64,000 nucleotides of DNA from Acidimicrobiales bacterium (GTDB taxonomy: Bacteria; Actinomycetota; Acidimicrobiia; Acidimicrobiales; Bog-793): assembly GCA_035625025.1 (NCBI GenBank), contig DASPQJ010000030.1, forward strand, positions 2,993 through 66,992, in the 5' to 3' direction. The notes beneath the pieces were generated by a model. That model searched no databases. It had not been told where the DNA came from and worked only from the letters and a program-made list of their open reading frames with translations. Shown here piece after piece: positions 47,473 through 56,638 of this stretch. Numbering within the stretch: the stretch's first letter is position 1; every line of letters starts with the position of its first letter. The translations under genes and the position numbers were made by a program.

Positions 47473-48203
47473 CCGCTCGATCGCCGGACGACGGGATGCG
47501 GCAGGGGCGCCGATCTCCCGCCGCGCTCGTCGAGGTAGCTGGCGATCACCTTGTACACGGCCGGTCCGACGAGCGAGCTGAGCTCGTCGGCGAGGCTCAG
47601 GTAGACAGGCTGGGCCGAGACGAAGGCCTCGGGTGCCTCGGTGCACCACCAGTGGAACTCGTCGCCGGCCGGTCCCCAGTGGCGTCGTTCCCACTGTGTG
47701 ACCGTGGAGGTGACGTGGCCGGTCTCGTCGGTCGCGTCCTCACGGCGCACGGGGAGCTGCCAGCAGACGTCGGGCTTGTAAAGACGCGGGGGCACGCCCG
47801 CCTCGAGGGCAGCCCGGTGGAGGGCGCAGCCGGGGCCCCCGGGGAAGCCGGGCCGGTTGAGGAAGATGCAGGCCCCGTCGACGAGCCGCGTCGTGAGGTC
47901 CTCGCCCTGGCGCTTCACGATCCCGACGCGTCGCGCCCTTGTCATGTGCTGGAACTGGCTCGGGCTCAACCGCGCCGCGGCAGCCTCGACCCGCCGGACG
48001 TCTTTTTTGTCCGAGAGGTGGGCGCCGTAACTGCAGCAGCCCTCGGCGAGCTCGGCCGCCGGCCCGGTGAGGACCCCTTGGCAGCCCGCGTTGTAGATGC
48101 ACTTCCACGCGCTCGCCAGGAACGTGACGTCGAAAACCCACGTGCGGTCCTCTTCAGGATCGCCAAAGCTCACCCATTCGTGGGCGTCGTCGGGGACGGG
48201 CAC
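47469..48203 (-). CDS. Conserved Cys-rich hypothetical protein (8 Cys)
   Basis: WVSFGDPEEDRTWVFDVTFLASAWKCIYNAGCQGVL..GCCSYGAHL..DGACIFLNRPGFPGGPGCALH..KPDVCWQLPVRRE..HWWCTEAPEAF looks like a widespread actinobacterial hypothetical protein I have seen but cannot name. An alternative GTG start at 48173 would overlap the rSAM stop as GTGA. Confidence 0.75.
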   Translation of the reverse strand: MPVPDDAHEWVSFGDPEEDRTWVFDVTFLASAWKCIYNAGCQGVLTGPAAELAEGCCSYGAHLSDKKDVRRVEAAAARLSPSQFQHMTRARRVGIVKRQGEDLTTRLVDGACIFLNRPGFPGGPGCALHRAALEAGVPPRLYKPDVCWQLPVRREDATDETGHVTSTVTQWERRHWGPAGDEFHWWCTEAPEAFVSAQPVYLSLADELSSLVGPAVYKVIASYLDERGGRSAPLPHPVVRRSSG

Positions 48204-49645
48204 GAATCGAACGCTACCGGCGCCGACCCGGGGCCGGCGAGCTGATCACGTGTCGGCTCGGCGCAGCAGAACCACGGTTCGCTAAGACGCGGCCGGGCTC
48301 CGGCGGGGCCGCGCGGGACGACGGGCTTCGGCGGTCCGGGGTCCCGCCGGCCGAGGCGGTCGAACACGATCTCGCGTACTGCGGCGTAGGTCGTCTCGAC
48401 CGGCTCCGCCGTTGTGGCGGCGGTCTCGCAGCGTCCGGCGAGCGCCGTTTGCAGTTCGTCGAGGATCGGGTCGTCGGCCGACCAGCGGTAACCGAGGGAG
48501 CGGACGTCGAGCTCGCCGAGGCAGCGGGTGAGCACGGCGTCGTCTGAGTCCAGAACGAGGGAACCCGGCGGGATGAGGAGGCGGATGGAGTACTGGACCG
48601 GATCGACGTTCGCCACGAGGTCGTGCGCCGCGACGAAATCGACGATGTCGACCACGTCCTGGCGGTTCGTCCAAGGCGTGAACGGGAGGAACGACGGTCG
48701 GATCTCCACGCCGCAGCGGCGCAACTCGACGACGGCGCGGCTGGCGTCCGCCGCGCTGTGGCCCTTTTGCAGGCGACGCAGCACGGCGTCGTTCGTCGAT
48801 TCGAAGGCCGAGACGACGAATAGAAGGCCGAGCCTCGCGAGTTCGGCGACGACGTCGCGGTGGCGCAGGAGATGCGAGACCTTGATCGTCGCGTCGAAGG
48901 TGATCTCGCGGTGCGCGGCGTGCATCTCGCGCACGACGGCGAGGGCGTGGGTGGGACGGTTGAGGAAGTCGGGGTCGGCGAAGCGCACGTGCCCGGCGCC
49001 GGCGGCGACGAGCGCGTCGATGTCGGCGAGGACTGCGTCGGTCGCGACGAGGCGTGATCGCCCGCCGTAGACGACGGGAACCGGGCAGTGCCGGCAGCGG
49101 TGGTTGCAACCCTCGCTGGCTTCGACGGTCCCGACGAGGCTCTCCCCGTCGGCGGTGAGGAGACGCGCGTAGGCCTCGAGACCCGGTAGGTCGGCGCGAC
49201 GCGGGAGCACGCCCGCCGAGCCCTTGGCGTCCCGCGCCCGGCCGAGGGCGACGACCGGCGCTGTCTCAGCGTCGGCCGGAGCTTCTCCGTCGAGCCAGTC
49301 GGCGAGCGAGGCCCCGACGTCGCCGGCCACCGCGAGGTCGCCTTGTCGCAGTGCCCCGGCCGCCGCCGCCACGGGCGCGTACAGGCCGTAGAGCGCGACC
49401 GGCGCCTCGGGGCGTGTCTCGTGCAGCCGGTCGACCGCCGCCAGCGCGAGACGCAGGGCGGTGTGCATCGGGACGGAGAGGGCGACGGCCTGGGCCCAGG
49501 CGACATCGGCGGCCGGCCACGGTTCGACGGACAGGTCCGCGCTGCGGACCTCATGGCCGGCGGCGCAAAGCTCGGCCGCGGGCCAGGCCAGCCCGAGCGG
49601 TTGCGCGCCGAGCTCGTAGGACGACAGGAGCAGGACCCGGCTCAC
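48170..49645 (-). CDS. Radical SAM protein with N-terminal B12-binding-like domain and C-terminal CCAEP motif (CUAEP/CCAEP-tail family)
   Basis: The N-terminus is Rossmann-like (RVLLLSSYELGAQPLGL). The CX3CX2C motif EGCNHRCRHC lies at 49085-49108. The C-terminal PWFCCAEP lies at 48254-48268, with both Cys encoded by TGC. The GTG start overlaps the ATP-grasp stop (GTGA at 49642-49645). Confidence 0.85.
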   Translation of the reverse strand: MSRVLLLSSYELGAQPLGLAWPAAELCAAGHEVRSADLSVEPWPAADVAWAQAVALSVPMHTALRLALAAVDRLHETRPEAPVALYGLYAPVAAAAGALRQGDLAVAGDVGASLADWLDGEAPADAETAPVVALGRARDAKGSAGVLPRRADLPGLEAYARLLTADGESLVGTVEASEGCNHRCRHCPVPVVYGGRSRLVATDAVLADIDALVAAGAGHVRFADPDFLNRPTHALAVVREMHAAHREITFDATIKVSHLLRHRDVVAELARLGLLFVVSAFESTNDAVLRRLQKGHSAADASRAVVELRRCGVEIRPSFLPFTPWTNRQDVVDIVDFVAAHDLVANVDPVQYSIRLLIPPGSLVLDSDDAVLTRCLGELDVRSLGYRWSADDPILDELQTALAGRCETAATTAEPVETTYAAVREIVFDRLGRRDPGPPKPVVPRGPAGARPRLSEPWFCCAEPTRDQLAGPGSAPVAFDSCPSPTTPTNG

Positions 49646-50919
49646 CCGCTCGCTCCGGAGGCGACCTCGGCGTCGACGCGCACGGCGAGCGCGGCGAAGC
49701 CGCTTCGCAGGGCGGCCTCGACCTGTTCGGGGAGCGCGGCCCGGGCGAACAAGAACCCTAGGTAGCGGTCGCCGGCCGGCCACGCCGTGAGCGTCCCGCC
49801 GACCGGGACGGTCACCTCGATTCCCCACACTCCCGGTACCGCGAGCGCGGCTTGCGATCCGTCGATCCCGGCGAAGCGGCCTGAGGCGGGGATGGGGAGC
49901 ATCATCACGCCGGACGCACCTCGCAGGCGGGCGTTCGCCACCTCGTAGTCGAGACCGAGGGCGTGGGCGAGCACGATCTCCTCGAGCGAACGGCCAGAAG
50001 AGAAGTGCAGCGCCCGGGAGCACCGCCCGCCGATCGTGCGCGCCGCGACCTCGATGACGACGACCTCCGCCTCAGGATGCGTTCCCCGCGGCGACAAGCG
50101 CGCTTCGGCGTGGACCGGACCGTCGACGAGGCTGAGCGCCGCACAGGCCGACGCCACCGTGGCGTGCAGCGCTTCCTGGAGGTATTCGGGATGACGGGAG
50201 GGCGTGACGTAGATCGTCTCCTCGAAGTATGGGCCCTCGAGCGGGTCGGGTTTGTCGAAGACGGCGAGCACGTCGAGGCGACCAGCGGAAAGGAGCCCTT
50301 CGACGGCGACCTCGTCGCCGGCGACGAACTCCTCGACGAGGAGCGGCTCCTCGGCGGGCCGCCCCGCGTCGCAGCTGATGCGGCGCGCGGCCACCGCCGC
50401 GGCCCGTGCCCCGCCGTCGTCGTCGGCGCGGATCACGCCGCGGCTGGCAGAGAGCGAGCACGGTTTCACGACGACCGGGTAGCCGAGGTGGGCGCCGGCG
50501 GCGGCGACCGCCGCGGACTCGCCGGCACCGGCCCCGACGATCTCGAAACGCGGTTGGCGGACACCGGCGTTGTGCAAAAACTGTCGCATCACCGACTTGT
50601 CCCGGGTCGCGGCGACCGCGGCAAACGGGTTCTTGGCGAGACCGAGCCGTTCGGCGGCGGCGGTCGCAACGAGCGCTCCGGCGTCGTCGACGGCGAGGAC
50701 CGCGTCGAACGGCGTCACCGAGTGCCGCGTGGCCACCGCGTCCGCCGCGGCCGCGGGGTCGTCGAGGGGCAGGACGAGGAATCTGTCCGGTGTCGTGCCG
50801 GCCATCGCCTGGGGGGCGTCCGATCCCGTCACGACGTCGACGCCGAGCCGCCCGGCGGCGACGAGGAAATCAGTGGCGCGGTACGTCGACGACGGCAGGA
50901 CGAGAAGGACTCGGGCCAT
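49642..50919 (-). CDS. ATP-grasp domain protein, L-amino-acid-ligase-like
   Basis: It starts MARVLLVLPSSTYRATDF, carries the ATP-grasp core RDKSVMRQFL..LGYPVVVKPCSLSASRGVIRADD..LLVEEFVAGDEVAVEGL, and has a C-terminal GDRYLGFLFA. The ATG is at 50919. The remaining 245 aa of the track ORF are shadow over the nfu gene. Confidence 0.85.
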   Translation of the reverse strand: MARVLLVLPSSTYRATDFLVAAGRLGVDVVTGSDAPQAMAGTTPDRFLVLPLDDPAAAADAVATRHSVTPFDAVLAVDDAGALVATAAAERLGLAKNPFAAVAATRDKSVMRQFLHNAGVRQPRFEIVGAGAGESAAVAAAGAHLGYPVVVKPCSLSASRGVIRADDDGGARAAAVAARRISCDAGRPAEEPLLVEEFVAGDEVAVEGLLSAGRLDVLAVFDKPDPLEGPYFEETIYVTPSRHPEYLQEALHATVASACAALSLVDGPVHAEARLSPRGTHPEAEVVVIEVAARTIGGRCSRALHFSSGRSLEEIVLAHALGLDYEVANARLRGASGVMMLPIPASGRFAGIDGSQAALAVPGVWGIEVTVPVGGTLTAWPAGDRYLGFLFARAALPEQVEAALRSGFAALAVRVDAEVASGASG

Positions 50920-50997
50920 GCCCCCATCATGCCGGTGTGTCGCCGCTCGCCAGCGCGGCGCGCTCGTCAGTTCGGGTGTCGCCCCTACCATGGCGGC

Positions 50998-51642
50998 ATG
51001 GCCGACGAGGCGCTCGACCGACCGGGCCCCGACCCGGTGCTCGCCGTCACCGACGCCGCTCGGGCCACGATCCTCGAGGCCCGCGCGGCCGAGAAGGATC
51101 CGGAGAGCCTGGCGCTCTTCGTCGAGGTGACCGGGTCGACAAACGGCGCCTACGTCTACGAGATGTGGTTCGAGGCGCTCGCCGACGCCGCGCCGCGTGA
51201 TGTTCTGTGCCGCAACGACGAGCTCACCGTCGTCGTCGGTGGTGACAGCGTCGACAAGGTGCGGGGCGCGTCGCTCGCTCTCGGCGAAGAGGGACTTGTC
51301 ATGCTGAACCCGAACACGCCGCCCGTCGCGCCCGCCGCGGCCGCGATTCCCGAGGGCGACATGACGAGCCCGCTCGCCCGCTCGGTGATCGCCGTTCTCG
51401 AAGAGCAGGTCAACCCGCAGATCGCCTTTCATGGCGGTCGGGCGGACCTCGTCGCCGTCGACGAGGGAGTCGCCTACCTCCGACTCTCCGGCGGTTGCCA
51501 GGGTTGTGGACTCGCGGCCGTGACGCTCGGCCAGGGGATCACGCTCGCGATCAGACAGGCGGTGCCCGAGATCGTCGATGTCGTCGACGTCACCTCGCAC
51601 CAGGACGGCCGCAACCCTTACTTCGAGCCGGCGAAGAAGTAG
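50998..51642 (+). CDS. NfuA-like Fe-S cluster carrier (degenerate IscA/HesB-like N-domain plus Nfu C-domain)
   Basis: The C-terminal VNPQIAFHGGRADLVAV..GVAYLRLSGGCQGCG is the Nfu CxxC motif. The N-terminal half resembles the Cys-less A-type domain of NfuA. The ATG is at 50998. Confidence 0.85.
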   Translation: MADEALDRPGPDPVLAVTDAARATILEARAAEKDPESLALFVEVTGSTNGAYVYEMWFEALADAAPRDVLCRNDELTVVVGGDSVDKVRGASLALGEEGLVMLNPNTPPVAPAAAAIPEGDMTSPLARSVIAVLEEQVNPQIAFHGGRADLVAVDEGVAYLRLSGGCQGCGLAAVTLGQGITLAIRQAVPEIVDVVDVTSHQDGRNPYFEPAKK

Positions 51643-51647
51643 CGACG

Positions 51648-51679
51648 CGTCTCGCATCTCGGCTCGGGAAGGCGAGACG
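51648..51679 (+). terminator. Hairpin CGTCTCGC-N16-GCGAGACG between nfu and aroC (possible terminator)
   Basis: An 8-bp perfect stem read directly from the sequence, starting 6 nt after the nfu stop. There is no U-tract, which is common in high-GC actinobacteria but leaves the call weak. Confidence 0.3.
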
Positions 51680-51692
51680 GTAGATTGCAGCG

Positions 51693-52901
51693 ATGCTCCG
51701 TTTTTTGACGGCCGGGGAATCCCACGGTCGTGCGCTCGTCGTGATCGTCGAGGGCTTGCCCGCCGGGTTGCCGATCACGATCGACGAGATCCGTGTCGAG
51801 CTCGCCCGGCGGCGGCTCGGCTACGGGCGGGGACCGCGCATGCGCGTGGAACGCGACGAAATCGTCGTTGTGAGCGGCGTGCGGCACGGCCGGACGCTCG
51901 GCTCGCCTGTCGCGATCGAGATCGCCAACACCGAATGGCCGAAATGGGAGCGGGAGATGTCGCCCGAGCCCGGCGAACCGGAGAGGATCCTCACGGCGCC
52001 GCGTCCGGGCCACGCGGACTTGGCCGGGATGGAGAAGTACGGATTCGTCGACGCCCGCGACGTGCTCGAAAGGGCTTCGGCCCGCGAGACGGCGGCGCGT
52101 GTCGCGGCGGGCGCGCTTGCCAAGGCGCTCCTCGCGCGGCTCGGCACCGAGATCGTGAGCCACGTCGTCGCGATCGGCGCCGCGACGTCACCTTCGGGCC
52201 TGCGGCCACGTCCCGAGGATCTCGCGGCCGTCGACGCCTCCGCGGTCCGCTGCTTCGACGCGGCCGCGACCGACGCGATGGTCGCCGAGGTCAAGGCCGC
52301 CGCGCAGCAGGGGGACTCGCTCGGAGGCGTTGCCGAGGTCGTCGCTTACGGCGTCCCGGTCGGCCTCGGCAGCTACGTCCAGTGGGACCGCCGGCTCGAC
52401 GGGCTGATCGCGCAGGCGCTGATGAGCATCCCGGCGGTGAAAGCCGTCGAGGTGGGCGACGCGATCGCGATCGCGAGCCGCCGGGGTTCCGAAGCGCACG
52501 ACGCGATCTTCTGGGACGCGTCCCGCTTGACGTACCGCCGCGAGACGAGCCGTGCCGGCGGGATCGAAGGCGGAGTCTCGACGGGCGGTCTCGTGATCGC
52601 CCGGGCGGTGATGAAGCCGCTCGCGACGTTGAACCGCCCGGTGCTGGCGACCGTGGACGTCGTGACGAAGAAAAGCACGCTCTCGTTCAAGGAACGCACC
52701 GACGTCACGGCCGTTCCGGCGATGGGGGTCATCGCCGAGGCGATGGTCGCGTTCGTGCTCGCCTCTGAGGCGCTCCGCAAGTTCGGCGGCGATTCTGTCG
52801 CCGAGTTCGTCCGTAATCGGGACAGCTTCGTCGCGGCACTCGGCTCGGCCCCGTCCGCCGCCGAACCGCCAGGCACCGCCGCGAGATCAGGCCAAAGGTG
52901 A
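51693..52901 (+). CDS. aroC: Chorismate synthase
   Basis: MLRFLTAGESHGRALVVIVEGLPAGL, RPGHADL and SARETAARVAAGA are canonical AroC motifs. Confidence 0.95.
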   Translation: MLRFLTAGESHGRALVVIVEGLPAGLPITIDEIRVELARRRLGYGRGPRMRVERDEIVVVSGVRHGRTLGSPVAIEIANTEWPKWEREMSPEPGEPERILTAPRPGHADLAGMEKYGFVDARDVLERASARETAARVAAGALAKALLARLGTEIVSHVVAIGAATSPSGLRPRPEDLAAVDASAVRCFDAAATDAMVAEVKAAAQQGDSLGGVAEVVAYGVPVGLGSYVQWDRRLDGLIAQALMSIPAVKAVEVGDAIAIASRRGSEAHDAIFWDASRLTYRRETSRAGGIEGGVSTGGLVIARAVMKPLATLNRPVLATVDVVTKKSTLSFKERTDVTAVPAMGVIAEAMVAFVLASEALRKFGGDSVAEFVRNRDSFVAALGSAPSAAEPPGTAARSGQR

Positions 52902-54493
52902 TGGCGACCGCCCCGCGCAACCGCTGTCACGTCCTGCTCGTCGGGATGATGGGGACCGGCAAGTCCTCCGCCGGTCTGGAGCTCGCCGCGCGGCTCGGCC
53001 GACCGTTCATCGACACGGACGAGGAGATCGCCGCGACCACAGGGAGGACGATCGCGGAGATCTGGTCGGCCGAGGGCGAGGCGAAGGTGCGCGCCGTCGA
53101 GTCGACGGTCCTTTCCGAGGCGCTCGCCTCGTCCTCCCCGTCGGTTATCGCCGTCGGCGGCGGCGCGGTCCTCGACCCGGCCAACCGTGCCGCGATCTCC
53201 GAGGCGGGAGACGTCGTCTGGTTGCGCGCCCAGGCCCACACGCTCGCGCAGCGACTCGGTGACGGCGCCGGCCGACCGCTGCTCGAGGCGGACCCCGTCG
53301 GGGCGCTGGCGCGGATCGAGCTGGAGCGTCGGGTGCTCTACGAGGAGGTGGCCGATGTGGCCGTCGACGTCGACGCGCTGGAGCCTGACGCGACAGTCGC
53401 CGCCGTGCTCGGCGCGCTGCAGCGCCGGGTCGTCGTCGCGGTTCCGAACCATCCCTACGAGGTCGTCGTCGGACCCGGGGCACGACACCTGCTCGGCGTG
53501 GTCATCCCGGCGGGAGCGGCGCGCGTCGCCATTGTCAGGCAAGCGGGCGTGAATGTCGCGGTCACGACCGGCGGCGACGAGGTCGAGTTCACGGTCGGCG
53601 CCGGGGAGTGGGCGAAGTCGCTCGCCACGGTCGAGAAGTTGTGTCGGGAGTTCGCCCGAGCCGGGCTGACCCGAGCGGACGTCGTCGTCGCCGTCGGCGG
53701 CGGAGTCGTCACCGATGTCGCCGGTTTTGCGGCGGCCTGCTACCACCGGGGCGTCGCCGTCATCCACGTGCCGACGACGTTGCTCGGCCAGGTGGACGCC
53801 GCCATCGGTGGCAAGACCGGCGTCAACCTGCCCGAGGGCAAGAACCTCGTCGGGTCGTTCTGGCAGCCGAGTTGCGTGCTCTGTGACACGGACACGCTGT
53901 GGTCGCTACCCGAGCGCGAGTGGCATTCGGGGTTTGGCGAGATGGCCAAGTACGAGTGTTCCGGCCTCACCGATCTCGGTGGGCTCTCGCTCGTCGACCA
54001 GATCGCGTCGTGCGTCGCGGCGAAGGCGGCGGTCGTCGCGATCGACGAGCGCGACGCAGACCGCAGGATGGTCCTCAACTACGGCCACACGCTTGCCCAC
54101 GCGCTCGAGGCGACGGGTTTCTCCTCGTCCGGCGGCGGCGAGTCTTCGATCCGGCACGGCGAGGCCGTCGCAATCGGACTCGTCTTCGCGGCGCGATTGG
54201 CAGCCGCGCTCGGTCGGATCAGTGCCGCGGATGTCGAGCGTCACGTCGCCGTCGTCGAGCGCTACGGGCTTCCCTTTTCGATCCCCGCTGGAGTCGACCT
54301 CGACGAGCTGACGGTCTTCATGGCCCGTGACAAGAAGACGCGGACCGGGCTGAGCTTCGTCCTCGGCGGTCCCCGCGGTGTCGAGTTCGTGCCCGACGTC
54401 GACCCCGAAGCCGTCCGCGTCGCCCTCGTCGCGACGCAGGCCGTCAGGAGCGAAAAGGGCGCGTCGCGCCAAGCCAAAGCGAGGACCGCGTGA
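52898..54493 (+). CDS. aroKB: Bifunctional shikimate kinase / 3-dehydroquinate synthase (single 531-aa ORF)
   Basis: The N-terminal ~175 aa carry Walker A LVGMMGTGKSS, FIDTDEEI and GGGAV (AroK). The remaining ~355 aa carry VAVGGGVVTDVAGFAAA, GGKTGVN and NYGHTLAHALE (AroB). There is no stop codon between the two parts. Confidence 0.85.
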   Translation: MMATAPRNRCHVLLVGMMGTGKSSAGLELAARLGRPFIDTDEEIAATTGRTIAEIWSAEGEAKVRAVESTVLSEALASSSPSVIAVGGGAVLDPANRAAISEAGDVVWLRAQAHTLAQRLGDGAGRPLLEADPVGALARIELERRVLYEEVADVAVDVDALEPDATVAAVLGALQRRVVVAVPNHPYEVVVGPGARHLLGVVIPAGAARVAIVRQAGVNVAVTTGGDEVEFTVGAGEWAKSLATVEKLCREFARAGLTRADVVVAVGGGVVTDVAGFAAACYHRGVAVIHVPTTLLGQVDAAIGGKTGVNLPEGKNLVGSFWQPSCVLCDTDTLWSLPEREWHSGFGEMAKYECSGLTDLGGLSLVDQIASCVAAKAAVVAIDERDADRRMVLNYGHTLAHALEATGFSSSGGGESSIRHGEAVAIGLVFAARLAAALGRISAADVERHVAVVERYGLPFSIPAGVDLDELTVFMARDKKTRTGLSFVLGGPRGVEFVPDVDPEAVRVALVATQAVRSEKGASRQAKARTA

Positions 54494-54942
54494 CAGAACC
54501 CGTCATTCTCCTGTTGTCGGGACCGAACCTCGGACTGCTCGGAGAGCGCGAGCCGTCGATCTACGGCACGGCGACGCTCGCTGACCACGTCGCCCGGGCC
54601 GAAGCGACCGCCCGGCGGCGCGGGTTCTTACTCGAGCACGTCCAGTCCGAGCAGGAGGGCGAACTCGTCGCCGCCGTGCACGGCGCGCGCGGACGGGTCG
54701 CGGCCATCGTCGTGAACGCGGGCGCCCTGTCGCACTACGGTTGGTCGCTGCACGACGCTTTGGCGGCGTTCGACGGAAAGGTGATCGAGCTCCACCTCTC
54801 GCTTCCCGACTCTCGGGAACCGTGGCGGCGCACTTCGGTCATCGCACCGGTGGCGCAGGCCGGCATCGCGGGACTTGGGGGACTCGGTTATGAGCTCGCG
54901 GTCGAAGCCGCGGCGCGGCTCGTCGAGGAAGAAAGGGAATAG
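54490..54942 (+). CDS. aroQ: Type II 3-dehydroquinate dehydratase
   Basis: ILLLSGPNLGLLGEREPSIYG, NAGALSHY and ELHLS are present. The GTG overlaps the upstream stop (GTGA). Confidence 0.95.
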   Translation: MTEPVILLLSGPNLGLLGEREPSIYGTATLADHVARAEATARRRGFLLEHVQSEQEGELVAAVHGARGRVAAIVVNAGALSHYGWSLHDALAAFDGKVIELHLSLPDSREPWRRTSVIAPVAQAGIAGLGGLGYELAVEAAARLVEEERE

Positions 54943-54944
54943 CG

Positions 54945-56078
54945 ATGGCCGTCGAGGTGACGATCGGGAGGGAGGCGACGAGCGCAGCAAATCTCGCGTC
55001 GATGAATGTGCCGGGGCGGCTCGCGCAACTACGGGAGCGTCTCGGCAAAGAGCGCATCGACGGGATCCTCGTCACCTCGCTAGCCAACGTCCGCTATCTC
55101 AGCGGGTTCTCTGGGTCGGCCGCCCTCCTCGTCGTGACGGCGCGCCGCGCCCTGCTCATCACCGACGGGCGCTACCGGGACCAGGCGGCGGCGGAGACGG
55201 CGGCGGCGGGCGTCGATGTCGATCTTGAGGTGGTCGGCGCGACGAAACAGGTCCAGGCCGTCGAGACGGCGACGAGCAACCTCGCCCGGCTGGCGCTGGA
55301 GGCCAAGGCGGTGAGTTGGGAACTGCAAGCTCAGTTCGCCGCGACGCTGAAGCCCGAGCTCGTCGCGACCTCCGGTCTCGTCGAGGCGATCCGCCTCGTG
55401 AAGGACGCCGGGGAGATCGACCGGATCGAACGGGCTTGCGACATCGCCGACGTCGCGTTCGCCCAGACGAAAGGGCTCCTCGCGCAGGGCGTGACCGAGG
55501 CGGAGTTCGCGGCCGAGCTCGAGTTCGAGATGCGCCGGCGAGGAGCCGCCCAGGCCTCGTTTGAGACGATCGTCGCGAGCGGGCCGAACGGGGCGATGCC
55601 GCACGCCCAGCCGACTGGTCGCGTCATCTCGCCGGGCGATCTCGTCGTCGTGGACTTCGGTGCCGTCGTCGACGGCTATCACTCCGACATGACACGCACG
55701 GTCTGTGTCGGCGAGCCGTCGGCGGCCGACATCTCGCTTCTCGACGCCGTGGCGGCGTCGCAGCGTGCCGGCCTCGTCGCTGTCGTCGCCGGCGTGACCG
55801 GCGGCGCCGTGGACGAGGCCTGCCGCAAGTCCCTGGGGGAGGCCGGTCTCGCCGAGGCGTTCACGCACTCGACCGGCCACGGAGTCGGGCTCGAGGTCCA
55901 CGAAGCGCCGACGCTCGCCGCGGGATCGGAGGAAAACCTTGCGGAGGGCAGCGTCGTGACCGTCGAGCCCGGGGTGTATCTCGAGGAGCGCGGCGGGGTC
56001 CGCATCGAGGACACCGTCGTCGTGACGAGGACCGGGTGCCGGCCCCTCACCAAGACGACGAAGGACTTTTTGCTCTGA
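54945..56078 (+). CDS. M24 family Xaa-Pro aminopeptidase/dipeptidase
   Basis: The creatinase-like N-domain (YLSGFSGSAALLVV) is followed by the metal ligands VVDFGAVVDGYHSDMTRT, HSTGHGVGLEVHE and VEPGVY..IED. Confidence 0.9.
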   Translation: MAVEVTIGREATSAANLASMNVPGRLAQLRERLGKERIDGILVTSLANVRYLSGFSGSAALLVVTARRALLITDGRYRDQAAAETAAAGVDVDLEVVGATKQVQAVETATSNLARLALEAKAVSWELQAQFAATLKPELVATSGLVEAIRLVKDAGEIDRIERACDIADVAFAQTKGLLAQGVTEAEFAAELEFEMRRRGAAQASFETIVASGPNGAMPHAQPTGRVISPGDLVVVDFGAVVDGYHSDMTRTVCVGEPSAADISLLDAVAASQRAGLVAVVAGVTGGAVDEACRKSLGEAGLAEAFTHSTGHGVGLEVHEAPTLAAGSEENLAEGSVVTVEPGVYLEERGGVRIEDTVVVTRTGCRPLTKTTKDFLL

Positions 56079-56638
56079 TGGCTTTATCGACGAACGACCT
56101 GAAGAACGGGATGGGCCTCGAACTTGCCGACGGACTGTTCGAGGTGGTCGAGTTCCAGCACGTGAAACCCGGCAAAGGCGGCGCCTTCGTGCGCACGAAG
56201 CTCCGCAATCTGCGGACCAAGGCGGTCGTCGAGCGGACGTTCCGCGCGGACGAGCGCGTCGAGCAGGCGGTGATCGACAAGCGCGAGATGCAGTTCCTCT
56301 ACCGCGACGGAAGCGACTTCGTGTTCATGGACAATGTCTCGTACGACCAGATGACCGTCCCCGTCGCCACCCTGGGTGGCGCGGCACCGTACCTGAAAGA
56401 GGGGAAATCCGTCTTCCTCGTGCTCCACGAGACCGAGATCGTCGCCGTCGAGCTGCCGGCCGCCGTCGAGCTTGAGATCACGGACACCGAGCCCGGCATC
56501 CAGGGCGACCGCGTCTCGGGCGCGCGCAAACCGGCGACGACCGAGACCGGTCTCGTCGTCCAGGTGCCGCTGTTCGTCAACCCGGGCGACCGGATCAGAG
56601 TCGACACCCGGTCCGGTGAGTACCTCACGAGGGCGTAG
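56078..56638 (+). CDS. efp: Elongation factor P
   Basis: MALSTNDLKNGMGLELADGLFEVVEFQHVKPGKGGAFVRTKLRNL is present. The ATG shares one base with the upstream TGA (TGATG at 56076-56080). Confidence 0.95.
   Translation: MALSTNDLKNGMGLELADGLFEVVEFQHVKPGKGGAFVRTKLRNLRTKAVVERTFRADERVEQAVIDKREMQFLYRDGSDFVFMDNVSYDQMTVPVATLGGAAPYLKEGKSVFLVLHETEIVAVELPAAVELEITDTEPGIQGDRVSGARKPATTETGLVVQVPLFVNPGDRIRVDTRSGEYLTRA

Noticed and set aside
48254-48268. Possible selenocysteine recoding in the CUAEP/CCAEP tail of the radical SAM protein.
   Set aside because: Both codons are TGC (ttc tgc tgc gcc gag ccg on the coding strand). There is no in-frame TGA, so this is the Cys form and no SECIS element is needed.
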